Source: Kudoa neothunni
Lineage: Eukaryota > Animalia > Cnidaria
Reading direction: 5' to 3'
NCBI GenBank assembly: GCA_964304625.1
Contig: OZ199838.1
Location: 9,451,245 to 9,515,244 of the forward strand
Length of the DNA stretch: 64,000 bases
The position numbers and the translations under genes were made by a program. The notes beneath the pieces are model-generated. The model had not been told where the DNA came from. It worked only from the letters and a program-made list of their open reading frames with translations, and did not search any database. Shown in pieces: positions 49,688-61,356 of the stretch (position 1 is its first letter; each line of letters starts with the position of its first letter).

Positions 49688-52257
49688 GGCACTGGCTATT
49701 GCTACGGATCCGTATAATCCACATGCGAAGGTTGTCTATTGCTACGGGAGGGAATAACTCTAAATCTACAAACTCACATAAAATTTGAAATTTATATTTG
49801 TAATCAATGATTTTTGGTCTAACATAATTAACTGTTTTGGAGAAAATTTGAGCTATTAAAATTTCTAATATTGTGACTATAAATTTCGTGTTTTGCGTTT
49901 TGTTATGAGTAATGTTAAACAAATATTTTAATTTTTTACTAATAAAGATTTCTTTAATTAAAAAAGAAAATACCAGACGTAGTGTTTTATGTATGAGACG
50001 TCCACCCTATTACCTCTGATTGTCACTAATATGTTTAATCTGGCGCAGCCAATGTAATCAGTTAAAATATGTTTAACTAGGTTTTTATAAAATTAAATAA
50101 TAAAATTTGTTATATATATATATATTTGATTTATAGGTTATATGTATATGTATTATTACATATCTACAAAGTATATTAAATATTACCGTTATTCATAGAA
50201 AACGATTAGAGCATTCTATGTAGTGAATTCAGTAAATATATTTAAAGTAATGTTTAATTTTATAGTTAAAATCAATATAGAAGCTTGCTGTTTGCATTTA
50301 AATAGCGGTGAGCATAATTCTATCTTCTTAAGTGTTATTGTTACAAATATAGATAAATTATTAGTTTTAATAACATTAAAATTAAAAAAAACTTAAATTC
50401 TACTGTAATGTGTTAACTGAAATTATTGTCCACAATAGAAGGAAACACGTTTCGTATTCTTGATTACAGTAACTTGTGTGGGAATAAAAGTTTTCATTGT
50501 AGAGTTTTTGTACGATGGAATCCTCTCCTGGATTGAAAGCTGACTTAAAAACTTATTAAAAAGTCATATAAAAGGTTATGACCATCTTTTTTCATCAAAA
50601 TTAAAAATGATGGAATTGCGGAAAATACATAATTCCCAATCTAAAATTCTAAAATATTTTAATAAAGCTTTACTTTACTACAAAATAACGTTCGTATTCT
50701 TTTCGACTCTCCATAAAAAAGAAAGCTTAAAGGTAACAAAAATCGTCAATATATAGAGGTAACTGCCTCTCTAGCATTATTTTTTGAGCTAGTAACGATA
50801 TGGAAAATTTTTCATAATCATATTTTTAAATGAGATACATAATCATCTTTGTAATGCTTGAATATACAAATTTCTACCTCAACAACAAAAAGTCGATTTC
50901 TCAGATAATCAGCTTTTTGAATTGATATCACTTGGATCTAATAAAAAGCCTACAAAAAAATGTTACGCTATGAAACGAGTAAAAATATCACAGTGAAATC
51001 CCTACACAATGTGAAAACAAGAGGAATAATCAACATGGATATATTCACGACTATCAGTATGTCAACTCACAATTTTAATTGTGATGTTAAACTAAAAAGA
51101 AGACAATAATGTTGATACTTGATTATTTTTGGTTGATCACCTAATGCGACTTACTCTTCAATTTTGTTTAAACTTTGTGTTAACGAAAGCAATACGTAAA
51201 CTTTCGAATTCTCGGTGATTGTACAATCAAATATTTTAGATAAATTCCACGATTGGTATTCTTATTAGTGCGCCCTTGTATTTAACTGTTGCTGACGATC
51301 CTAGTTGAGAATTTCGCATAATTTATGAATGCATTTTTCATGAAAAAATTCATGCAGGCATTTATGGCTTCTTGAGATAAATTTTAGAATGCTCCCCTAT
51401 TTTGAATGAAAAATTATGTATTGTTGTTACGGGTGAGAACATAAAGTAAGGGAATTTTTGAGAATTGTCTCTCCAAATACCCATTTTTTACCAGCAAACT
51501 TTGTGTAATACAAATATTTCAAAGGAAGTTAATCCAAAATAATACGAAATAACAACTGATACTTGAAATAGAATCATTAAAATGTTACCAAATATTAGTT
51601 AGGACTATCATTCCCACTGAGAGTGAAAGCAATCGGATGACCTAAAGAACGTAGGCTAACAGTCATTTATTTTTCTAGAATAAAAACATATGAAAAGATA
51701 ATATACTAACTATTTAAATTACTAACTGTTTATTTAAAAAAAGTTTTATTTGAGCACAAAAATTGTATCATAATCAGTCTAATAAATATTTCTAGCTCTT
51801 GCGTTTAATACTTTTCGTAAACTAATAATTTACTACCTAATTGTTTTAAATTTTCAAATTATATAAATATGCCGTCCATCTAAAATAATTGGGCAGTTGC
51901 CACAAAATTAAAAACGTTTATTGGCGCATGCTCATATTAAAAGAAGGCAAAATTATTTATTTCATTTGAGTATTTTCCTTATTAACTAATTTTACGCGTA
52001 TAATTTTGCAAATTAATGTTATTAAACGTTAAAAAGGTGAAATAAAGTTATTTTTAACCCAAAACTCCTTACAATCATGTATTTTTCAATAGCTCAAATT
52101 TTCTCCAAAACAGTTAATTGTGTTAGACCAAAAATCATTGATTACAAATATAAACTTCAAATTTTATGTGAGTTTATAGGTTTAGAGTTATTCCCTCCCG
52201 TAGCAATAGACAACCCCCGCATGCGGATTATACGGATCCTTAACAATAGCCACTGCC
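49688..52257. mobile_element. MULE element with ~175-bp TIRs and decayed interior
   Basis: GGCACTGGCTATTGCTACGGATCC.. / ..GGATCCTTAACAATAGCCACTGCC. TSD CATCAACAA, with a 3-bp slip on the right. Weak internal minus-strand GYL..IPLLYVL motif. Confidence 0.85.
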
Positions 52258-52260
52258 CAT

Positions 52261-52819
52261 CATCAACAATGTTATACGCGCGCGTTTTTTTTAAATTTCT
52301 ACTTAAAGGATTTTTCACTAATTTTATAAACAGTTCTTACTATTTATTAAATAAAATATTTGAATTTCTGCAACTTTAATTAAGAATTTTGGCATATCTA
52401 TTGAGTAAGAATATAGAGAATAAAAAAACAGTTCATAATTATAGGGGAAAATACGTTTTCAGAGGAATAACCTACTTTTTTTAAATAATCGGTAATTAAT
52501 GTTTGTTTAATACAAATACAGGCATATGTTCAGATTAAGCACAAAATTTATATAAGAACTGAATACTTGATTTAAACTTGAAAAGAAAAATTTAGAATTA
52601 GCCTAGAAATATTTTTATTTTAAACATTGCATTGGTGTATACGTTATATTGAGTATTTCGTACGGTGATGGGTGGCACTTTTCTTCGGAATTATGATTAA
52701 ATAGTTCTTCCAGTTTCCAGATAATCGATTATTTATCGACACGTAATTTCAATAAAATCCAAATAAAAGTTAAAATATCTTCCGGATAGCGCGATTCCCG
52801 GATAACCGAGATTCGACTG
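52261..52819. mobile_element. Right part of pogo/Tigger-type MITE split by the MULE
   Basis: Colinear with 17460-17996; ends CCGGATAACCGAGATTCGACTG. Left stub at 49650-49687. Confidence 0.8.
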
Positions 52820-53007
52820 TGTAATAATTTATAACTCATTTTCACATTAAATATCCCAGCCAATTTCAACACCATCCAAAGATTACACAGACACCATAAT
52901 TTAATCTAAGTGTTATATTAAGACAAATTTAAAAAAGAATATGACATAAGAAAAAAGATTGGGAAACACAGCTCTAAAAGTTTTTAAAAAATTGTGATAC
53001 CTTAATG

Positions 53008-53677
53008 CAGTGCTTCCCATCTTTTGCAAAAGAATTGATTTTTTTAACTTGGACTGTTCATAACATTGAATAATGCTCTCTATCTCATTAAAATTTGAAA
53101 GAAATTAATATATACTTCTTTTCGAATTAATATAAAAATGTATTCGATTGGACCTAACTTAATTCATTGATGGATTTTAAAAATGAACATCTTTAATTCT
53201 ACATTCCTTCAAAAACAGCATCAAATGAAACTCGTGGCAATACAACCTTCATCAGGAAAAATGTTTGTGTATATGGGGCTAAAAAATGGAAAATAAATAA
53301 TCAAAATACAAAATTCATCAATATTATATTAGGTTTAATCAAAAAAAGGAATACACGATTTGAAACGAGATAAGATTGAGATAAAATCTTTCTGATTCTG
53401 CTTGGGTGAGGGGTCGTTAGATATTATTATTAATTTTTATAAATTGTTATTTCTTTTGTATTTTTTAAGATAATAATCGTCACTTAAAAATAAGCGATAA
53501 TGACTTAAAAGTATGCTATACTATCCAATTAACTCATCATTATCTGTGTCACACCAATACTCCGGATTTTCTGCGTCCTACTAGAGCGGTTCATTAAACG
53601 TTCAATAATTTCTACGCCCCACCAAATTTTTTTCACTCCCCATCGGTGCAGCGTAGGACCCACATTGGGAAACATTG
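53008..53677. mobile_element. hAT (Buster/Charlie-type) non-autonomous element
   Basis: CAGTGCTTCCCA ... TGGGAAACATTG with perfect 8-bp TSD CCTTAATG (53000-53007, 53678-53685). Confidence 0.9.
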
Positions 53678-53788
53678 CCTTAATGCTACCGATTCATAAC
53701 TAGCATTTCATAATCTCTCTCACTCACTCGATCAAATATATACAAAATATCTCGCATAAAATGTAAACAATCGATAAAAAAATATGAA

Positions 53789-56744
53789 TTAACATCTTTC
53801 AAAAACTTTATAAAGGTCAGGAAGTTTTGTTAAAAGTGTAATAAAATTTGAATTTTCAGTTGACATCTGTTTGGTTGGTAGTAGATGTTCTTTGACAAAT
53901 GGGAATAGCGATATTTCGAGAAATTCACTCCACAGGGGGTCCGATTTGCCATAGTATTTACTTCTAACACATTTGGTATAAAACCACGCCAACAAGTTTG
54001 AAATATTTCGAATACATTGTTTCTCTTCGTTAAAGTTTATCTACCAAAAAAGTTTTAAGGTAGAATCAAAAATACACGCATCAAAACTTACATATCGTAC
54101 AAGATATATCGCAAAAAATGGCAGAATATTTGGATCAACCTCGATTCCGCTCACAATACAAGGCATTTTACACAAATGGCCATTTTCATCGATATCAATT
54201 GAAAAATAATCATTCAGCATGACTATATATTTGAGAAGATTGCCAACTGAATTAATATTACTGCTTAAACATTGAGAAGAATTGGTAAGAATAATATTTT
54301 GAGTCCGGGGACTAATAGCTTGATATTCGTCAGCACTTTCCAACAATGTTTTCAATGAAATCGATTTTTCGAGGCACACATAATCAAAACAACCAAAATG
54401 ATTGATTATCAACTTTTAAAATATTACTAAAATTAGAATTCATAATACAAACTAAATCTACTTGGTAGAAACACTGATGAAGCATGGTGGAGAACGTGAT
54501 ACGATATAAATTTACATTGTGTTGTATGAGAGCTTTATCGAAATCAATCGGTCCCACAAGAATACATTCCTTCAATAGATTTTGTAAAAAAGGGCACAGT
54601 GAATCGTTAATTTCTTCTCTCAACTCATACAAACTACTTAGTACAATATCATCTCTTGGATATTTAAATTTTAGGCGTAACTTCTTGCTGAATTTCGTCA
54701 CACTGTTGATTGAATCGTCTATATTGTTGGGTTCTGCTTTAAAATTATCATCATTAAACGAATTTTCAGTGTAATTAGGCGACCCATTTCTCTAAAAAGA
54801 AACCCATTGTATAACTGAACATAGATCAATAGATAATTATAAAACTGCAACAAAAGGAAAAAAATAAAGTCATTAAAACCTTACACAAGATTAAAAGATG
54901 CCTTAAGTTGCAATTTGAAATAATCATTCGACTTAAAACTATACTTTAAAAGGCGATGTAACAGATGCACTTTGTTCTAAACGAACGCTAGCGCTACTAG
55001 ATAAAGTAGCGACCGATTTGGGGAAAAAAGTTTGCAATCGTTGTTTGGAAGGGCATGTACGAACAGTAAACTTATCATGGATTGGTTTAGAATAGTTGCC
55101 AAGATCAAAAGAAGTCTGTTTGCGATCATGTTCACGTTTGATTAATTCGCTTGAAAAATTCAAAGGTCTAGGTAGATTTCCATGAGATATATTTGGTGCA
55201 TTTTCATCACTGAGGATAGTAGGAGGTGATGAACAAATCGTTGTAGAATTAAAGCTGTTGAATGAACGATCAGCTCGGTTTGTTGTTACATAGGGCAGAA
55301 TACTCTTATCTGTGGAAATGTTACGTCCAATGGAATGATTATCTTTAGGAAACCATTTTGCAGGTCTAGAGGTTTGGCATTCAAGATTTGACAAATTCAG
55401 TCTGCCTTGCTCCAGAAGTTGATGTTGTGATAATTCTTTTAGCTTATTAGACACACTCTGTACGATTGATCCAATAATTTCATTTTGATTCAAGAAAATA
55501 ACATCCTTTTTATTTGGATGACAATTAACATCAACAGTACCGGATGAGAGCTTAAGATCAACATAGAAAAATGGTTTCACAATTTTTGGAGCAACATTTT
55601 TGTATAGATTTTCAATAGCATCTTTCAGCAGTTTACAATCAACAAGGCGATTATTGATAAATATTATTGACTTTGTTTTCTTACGACTAAAACTAGGATG
55701 CGTTACTAGAAGACTACATGTGAATAAATTGGTCTCGCAAGCGAGTGTAATTTGATGAAGAGTTGTGTCTATTCCGAATAAAATTTTAGTGAGGTCCTTT
55801 TTGGTGGAGATATTTTTGGGGAAATCACCTTCATTGCCGTCTTTTCCATTAATTTTATTTATAATTTCCACAGCAGTAGGATTTACAATTGTTTTTATGT
55901 CAGGAATTGGACAAGAGGGCTTCCTCAGAGTAAATCCAATAGCTTGATAATGAAGAGCATATTTTGCTACTAAATCCAACACTTTTCTGTATTCTTCATT
56001 GTAATTCTTTAAAGACTTTAATCGAATAGGATCTTCGTAGAATAAGCGTTCAATAGTGATAGTGGTACCATAATTTCCGGCGCATATTCTTTGTGGTCCT
56101 ACCAATTGATTTTTCTCATACCTACACAATAAATCAAAGTCAAACGAAACGATGAATGAATTTTTTAAGATAAAAGGAGATTTAAATTATTTTATTCAAA
56201 TACTTGGCTGTATATGCGTAATCGGAATCATTTTTCATTCTAGTTACCACACTAACGTGACTAACGACACTAATGCTTGCAAGAGCTTCGCCGCGAAACC
56301 CAAAAGAATTTACACCAATCAGCTGTTCGAATGAGGATAATTTGCTGGTTGTGTGGCGTTCACACAACAATGGCAAATCTTCCTCATGAATACCGCAGCC
56401 GTTATCTTGGATTTTAATCATTCTAACGCCGCCATCACTCAACGTGATTGCAATTGTTGTACTGCCAGCATCAATGCTGTTTTCAATTAGCTCCTTTACA
56501 ATGTCAACTGGTCGATGAATGATCTCGCCTAAATTATTTTTAATTATTATATTTTCAATTGAAATTATGTTATCATAACAATAGTAATAATATATCATTA
56601 AAGGTGAAGACTTTTATCGTCGATTCTGACCATATTTTTATAGGTAAATCATACGATATAAAATGGCTTGAAGATATTTTTTTACTTACCAGCAGAAATT
56701 TTATCAATGACCTCTTGGGACAATTTTGAAATGTGGCCCACCAT
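53789..56744 (-). CDS. MLH1: DNA mismatch repair protein MLH1, multi-exon
   Basis: MVGHISKLSQEVIDKISAG|EIIHRP..KELIENSIDAG..IQDNGCGI..ERHTTSKL..GFRGEALASIS; FINNRLV; VDVNCHPNKKDV; C-terminal LPDLYKVFERC, the MLH1 signature. Confidence 0.97.
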
Positions 56745-57199
56745 TATCCCAATGTGTAGCGCGAACTAACGAACTTTAATCCGGTGGTAAAACGTATTAA
56801 ATTTGTCAAAACTTTATTCAATTCTTTTTGAAATATATGTTTACACTGTTTATTCAGTTTAAAAAATTAAGCTTTGGTAAAAAAACTGTGTAAATAATAG
56901 CCTGTGCATTATTATAAAACAATTTCATTAAAATGCGAAAATATTATTTTTAAATACTTCTCAATTTTATATCTAATGTATTATTAGATAGATGTGATAA
57001 AATATAATATCATGGGATTTGCAGATCAAACGAAAAATTTTAAAAACGTTGCCACTAATTTGTGAAAATTTAATGTTTAACGTCATGTACACTTGCGTGC
57101 CAAACATTTTTAATCCTTACATCAATTGTCGTTAATAAGGCTGCAGCTGTAACAACAACAGTTCCGAGTTAGGATTTAAGCTTGGGTAAACAGAGCTGA

Positions 57200-57687
57200 T
57201 TTTTTTCTTGTTTACAAGGTCAAACCCCCGACGCAACTTGTTAAGTTGTGAAGTTCGGGTCAGTTAGGCCTTCCCCATTGATGCTGTTGGCACCGCAGCA
57301 TCATATTAAGGCGGTTTACGTTTATGCGGTAGAATGGGGATTTTAGTCCACTAAATATCCTCGTTTCCGAGCAACCATATCCTGGACTAACCCACAGTTA
57401 GTCTGGGAAAGTCGTCTGAATGCGGGCGTCAGATGTACGAGAATCTCCTATTGGGTTTTATTTCGTTCCTGTACTCCGGCGTTTGTGAGCGCCCGAGTTC
57501 TATCCTTCCGCCAGGCTCCCCTCCCAACTGCAAGCAAGGCCAGGATAAATCATATATCCCTACGACTACCACAACCTTCTACTCAATTTCGGATTAGGAG
57601 TACAGGAACGTCCTGACTAGCCCTCGAATCCGTAACCTCAAGGTATGCGAGCCACACCTAACTCCACGATGCCATGTTGTCCAGGCT
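57200..57687 (-). mobile_element. tRNA-derived SINE, copy 2
   Basis: Minus-strand head GGACAACATGGCATCGTGG (A box)..GAGGTTACGGATTCGAG (B-box-like). Tail CCTTGTAAACAAGAAAAAAA. Flanked by imperfect 11-bp TSD AACAGAGCTGA / AATAGAGTTGA. Confidence 0.75.
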
Positions 57688-58148
57688 AATAGAGTTGAAG
57701 ATTGACGGCGGACAGATGACAACGTGCCGGGCCCATAGTCTGTGGATCGCGAGGTCGTGTGTTCCTACTCAGTAATGGAAGCTGTGGTTAGAATGTACAC
57801 TCAATATATGTATATGGATCTGCATTTATGATTCGGTCGATTGAGGAGGGTCATATTAGAAGTTTACATCGTCGAGGATCTATTACCGTGTCTCCCTGAT
57901 TATAAAACTTATTCCGAAAATCATACCTAGTAAAATATTAATAATCAGAACATTCTGAATTATATAACAAAATATTTATAACAGTATAATTTGATCGGGT
58001 AGTTAATAATTACAATTTTAAAGGTAAAGTACTCATTAACATTTAAAAGAAAATCTTTAGTTCTACGAGCCCATTTTGTATTATTTTATCTGGAAATTTT
58101 GTTGTTAAACTCTTTATATTTTATGTATTTTCTACAAAATTTCATATA

Positions 58149-59620
58149 CAATGCAACCTAGGACTTCGACCATAATCCATCATGGAAGTGTGTTTGAATT
58201 CCGAATATATTTTTCCCGCGTAAAATAATGAAAATTAGTTTAATCCGTTACCGCATATCAAATAAATGACTATTTTTATTCTTATTTATAAAAAAACATG
58301 CATACCTTGAATTTATTAAATATAACAATGAAATATAGGATATATTTTTTTGGTTGTCTTACGATAGATTATTAAAGTTTCTCCTTCGATGACGGTCGCA
58401 CAATTTGATTCAGCGACTCTTCTATTAGAATAGCGTTTCTTCTCTATATTTTGCTACCACTGGATTTGTATTGAATACCATTTCTATATGTTTTCGGACT
58501 CGAAAGTAGGGATTAAGATCTGTTCGGTTTTTATCCGTCGGTTCCGGTTTCGAAAATTTATTTTTTAATTAATATAAATTTGCATTTATTATTAATTGAT
58601 ACAGTCTTTTAAACAAATAGACGCGTTTTTAAATAGTAAAATAACAAAAAATATTTTGGAATGACGTGTTTTAATAATGAACAAATTTTGTATTCAACAT
58701 TACAGGAATTGTACCTCATATTTGGAAGTATTTTGTTATGCTTTCTAATAAAAAGGCAAAATATAATCAACATGACTTCATATTCATCAATACAATCGAG
58801 GATTTCTCGCGTATTGATGGAACCAGTTCAGAAATTTTAAACATGAAATTTATCAAACGTTGCTTTGAATTACGCACCATTTGGCCCGATATACTTATGT
58901 TTTTAAACTTCGATTCAAACATATGTATAAATAATATTTTCTATAAAAAACTGTAAATTTGGAGCTAGAAGACACAGTTAATTTCATTGAACCCAATGAA
59001 CAAATCCAAAACTATGAACCTTACGAATCTGAGATAAATTTAGACAATTTGATAAATTACGTATCCAGACCAAACAGAACAAAATTTTGTTCGCATTCAG
59101 TGAAATTACAAATTTTATTGATCGAGGTGTGATGTCAGATCATTTAGAAAGGGTTCGTAAAACTCTTTCTAACGTTAAACCAAAGAGTATTGACTCAGAC
59201 AGATGTTTCACCTTACAAAACCGTGTTATTTCTTCGTTGAGAACAAAACTGAGCGATTCGAAACCTGAGAACATTGTATTCATTTATAAAAATAGAACTA
59301 ACTAAATTGAAATTTGAATTATATAATTTTTTATAGCGAGTTTGAAAATTTTTTATCTTAATATATTTATCATCGTTTTTAAAGGTAATAACAAACAATT
59401 TTAAATAATAAAATTAATTAAAACAATAAAAGATAATATAAAATTAAATTCTATCACATTTTTAATTTTTTTCGCGTGCACAAAAATCAACATTGATAAT
59501 TTAAAAAATTATTTACAAAACCTAAAACCATTTTTGAAATAACCGAAACCGAATCGTCTTAACCCCTACGCGAAAGTGTTTATAACTCAAAATTTTCGGT
59601 CGAACTCCGAGGTTGCACTG
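58149..59620. mobile_element. Tc1/pogo-type MITE interrupted by a hAT
   Basis: TA|CAATGCAACCTAGGACTTCGACC ... GGTCGAACTCCGAGGTTGCACTG|TA. Confidence 0.85.
58507..59568 (+). mobile_element. hAT (TAGGG-ended) internally deleted element
   Basis: TAGGGATTAAGA / TCTTAACCCCTA TIRs, 8-bp TSD CTCGAAAG/CGCGAAAG, subterminal CGGTT repeats, and a dimerisation-domain remnant LSNVKPKSIDSDRCF..RTKLSD. Confidence 0.88.
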
Positions 59621-59639
59621 TACTTTTTTAAAATGTATT

Positions 59640-60405
59640 GGCTACCAACTAATGTAATAAAGTTGGTCAAGCTTTTAACAAAAATACAACAAAATATTAA
59701 AAACGAAAATATGAATCCCAAAATTGTGCAAATGGAAATAAAGAGTCATTTAGAAATATTGAAAGATTCTTTTGAGATTATTTTTCTACTAGCAACTTAA
59801 ATGAACCTGATAGTTGGGTTGTCAATCTATTCGCCTTCAACACGGGAAAAATGGAGGGTAATAATGATGAAAAAGAAAATTTGATCGAATTAAGATCGTG
59901 TCAAGCAATGAAACTGATGGTAGAGTCAAGTTTACTTGAGCACTTCTGGTGTCACACTCTTAATAGTTATCCCAGTTTAACGAAAATAGCGCTGAAGATT
60001 CTAGTTCTATTTGCCACTACGTGGTCATGTGAATCGGGGGTTTCCTCCCTTTTATAAATAAAAGACAAGAATAGAAGCACGATAAAGCCAGAAAATGATT
60101 AGCGAATAGCGCTATCCAATAAAGTCCCCGTTTCGATGTTTTAATTGCCAATTAAAAACAAAAAAGTCCAAAATATAACTAAAATTGTTCTATTGTTTAT
60201 TTTGAAATTGTATCTTTTCGCATTAAATGGTTAAACATGTGTATGCATGCTATTGCATACAAATGTGTCGCGGTCCAAAAGAGATACGTGCGCGTTAATC
60301 TTATATAATCCGAATTTCAACTAGTCTTAATAATAGGGGTGTGTATGGAAATTGTCGATACAATTGCAAGGGGTGTAAAACCCAAAACGAATAAGGAAGT
60401 CCTGT
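59640..60405 (+). pseudogene. 3' remnant of Buster-type hAT (ZBED5/SCAND3-like) transposase
   Basis: WVVNLF..ENLIEL..LEHFW....YPSLTKIALKILVLFATTWSCESGVSSLL*IKDKNRS; possible right TIR ..AGGAAGTCCTG near 60404. Confidence 0.8.
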
Positions 60406-61356
60406 GTTAGGGAGACACCGCGCCTCGAATTGAATGTATCGGAGGGCAGGATTTAGCCCATGGGCCATACTTCGGTGGTCCCTACATTAAAGCACTGGTG
60501 AAAAATCTTTTATGATCCAGGGGTCATAATTCGACCCTTTGAAGTCCAAAAGTAAGACATATATAATTATAGATTACATTTATTGATAAAATTGTAAATT
60601 ATGAAACGTGGAAATATATACCAAAATTTTAGCCTGTTTAACTCTCGTCACAAGTCATAAAATAGCTAAATGAGGGCTGGAATTTGTAAGCCTCTGCGTT
60701 ATAAATTTTCGTTTTTTATGAAAAACCCCCAATAAATTCAACAGAAGAAATGTTTTTCAATTTGTCCAATTGTATATTGAATAGATAAAGCATTGAGATT
60801 TAGATTTTAATACCACATAATATTAAGCATAATTAAAAAAATAATCCATCAAAGTGATTATCACCTCATATTCATATCTTATAGTTTTATTGAACTGTTA
60901 TTTTTCGAGAATACACAAGTATTTTAGTAACATTTTAAAATACTTAATTATTAAGCAGAAAAATATTTTATATTTCGCTTTTTGTTCAAAAGTGTTTCAT
61001 TCAAATAAGAATCTTTACATTTAACTTTGAAATATAAATGAAATTTCTTGGAATACTATTATTTTATTATTATAATTAAACTAATTTTCATTTTTAAAGT
61101 TCCTACTTGAAAGAGTATAAAAATTATGCTTAATTTTTTTGTTTATTATAATCACTTAAATTTATAATAAAAACAAAGTCTTAATTTATTGATTGAAGTA
61201 ATATATGATATATTAGTTTAGGAAGTCTGAAAATAAATTTCACAATATTTTAATTATGATTCAATTGTTTATCGGATGTTTGTCAAATTTACTCATTAAT
61301 CACTCGATGATTTACGAAAATCTATTAATAACTAATTTCATTGAGCTGCAGCCGAT

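Noticed and set aside
49620-52379. Two similar 100-aa ORFs (49620-49922 minus, 52077-52379 plus) looking like a gene pair
   Set aside because: They are translations of the two TIRs of one MULE element.
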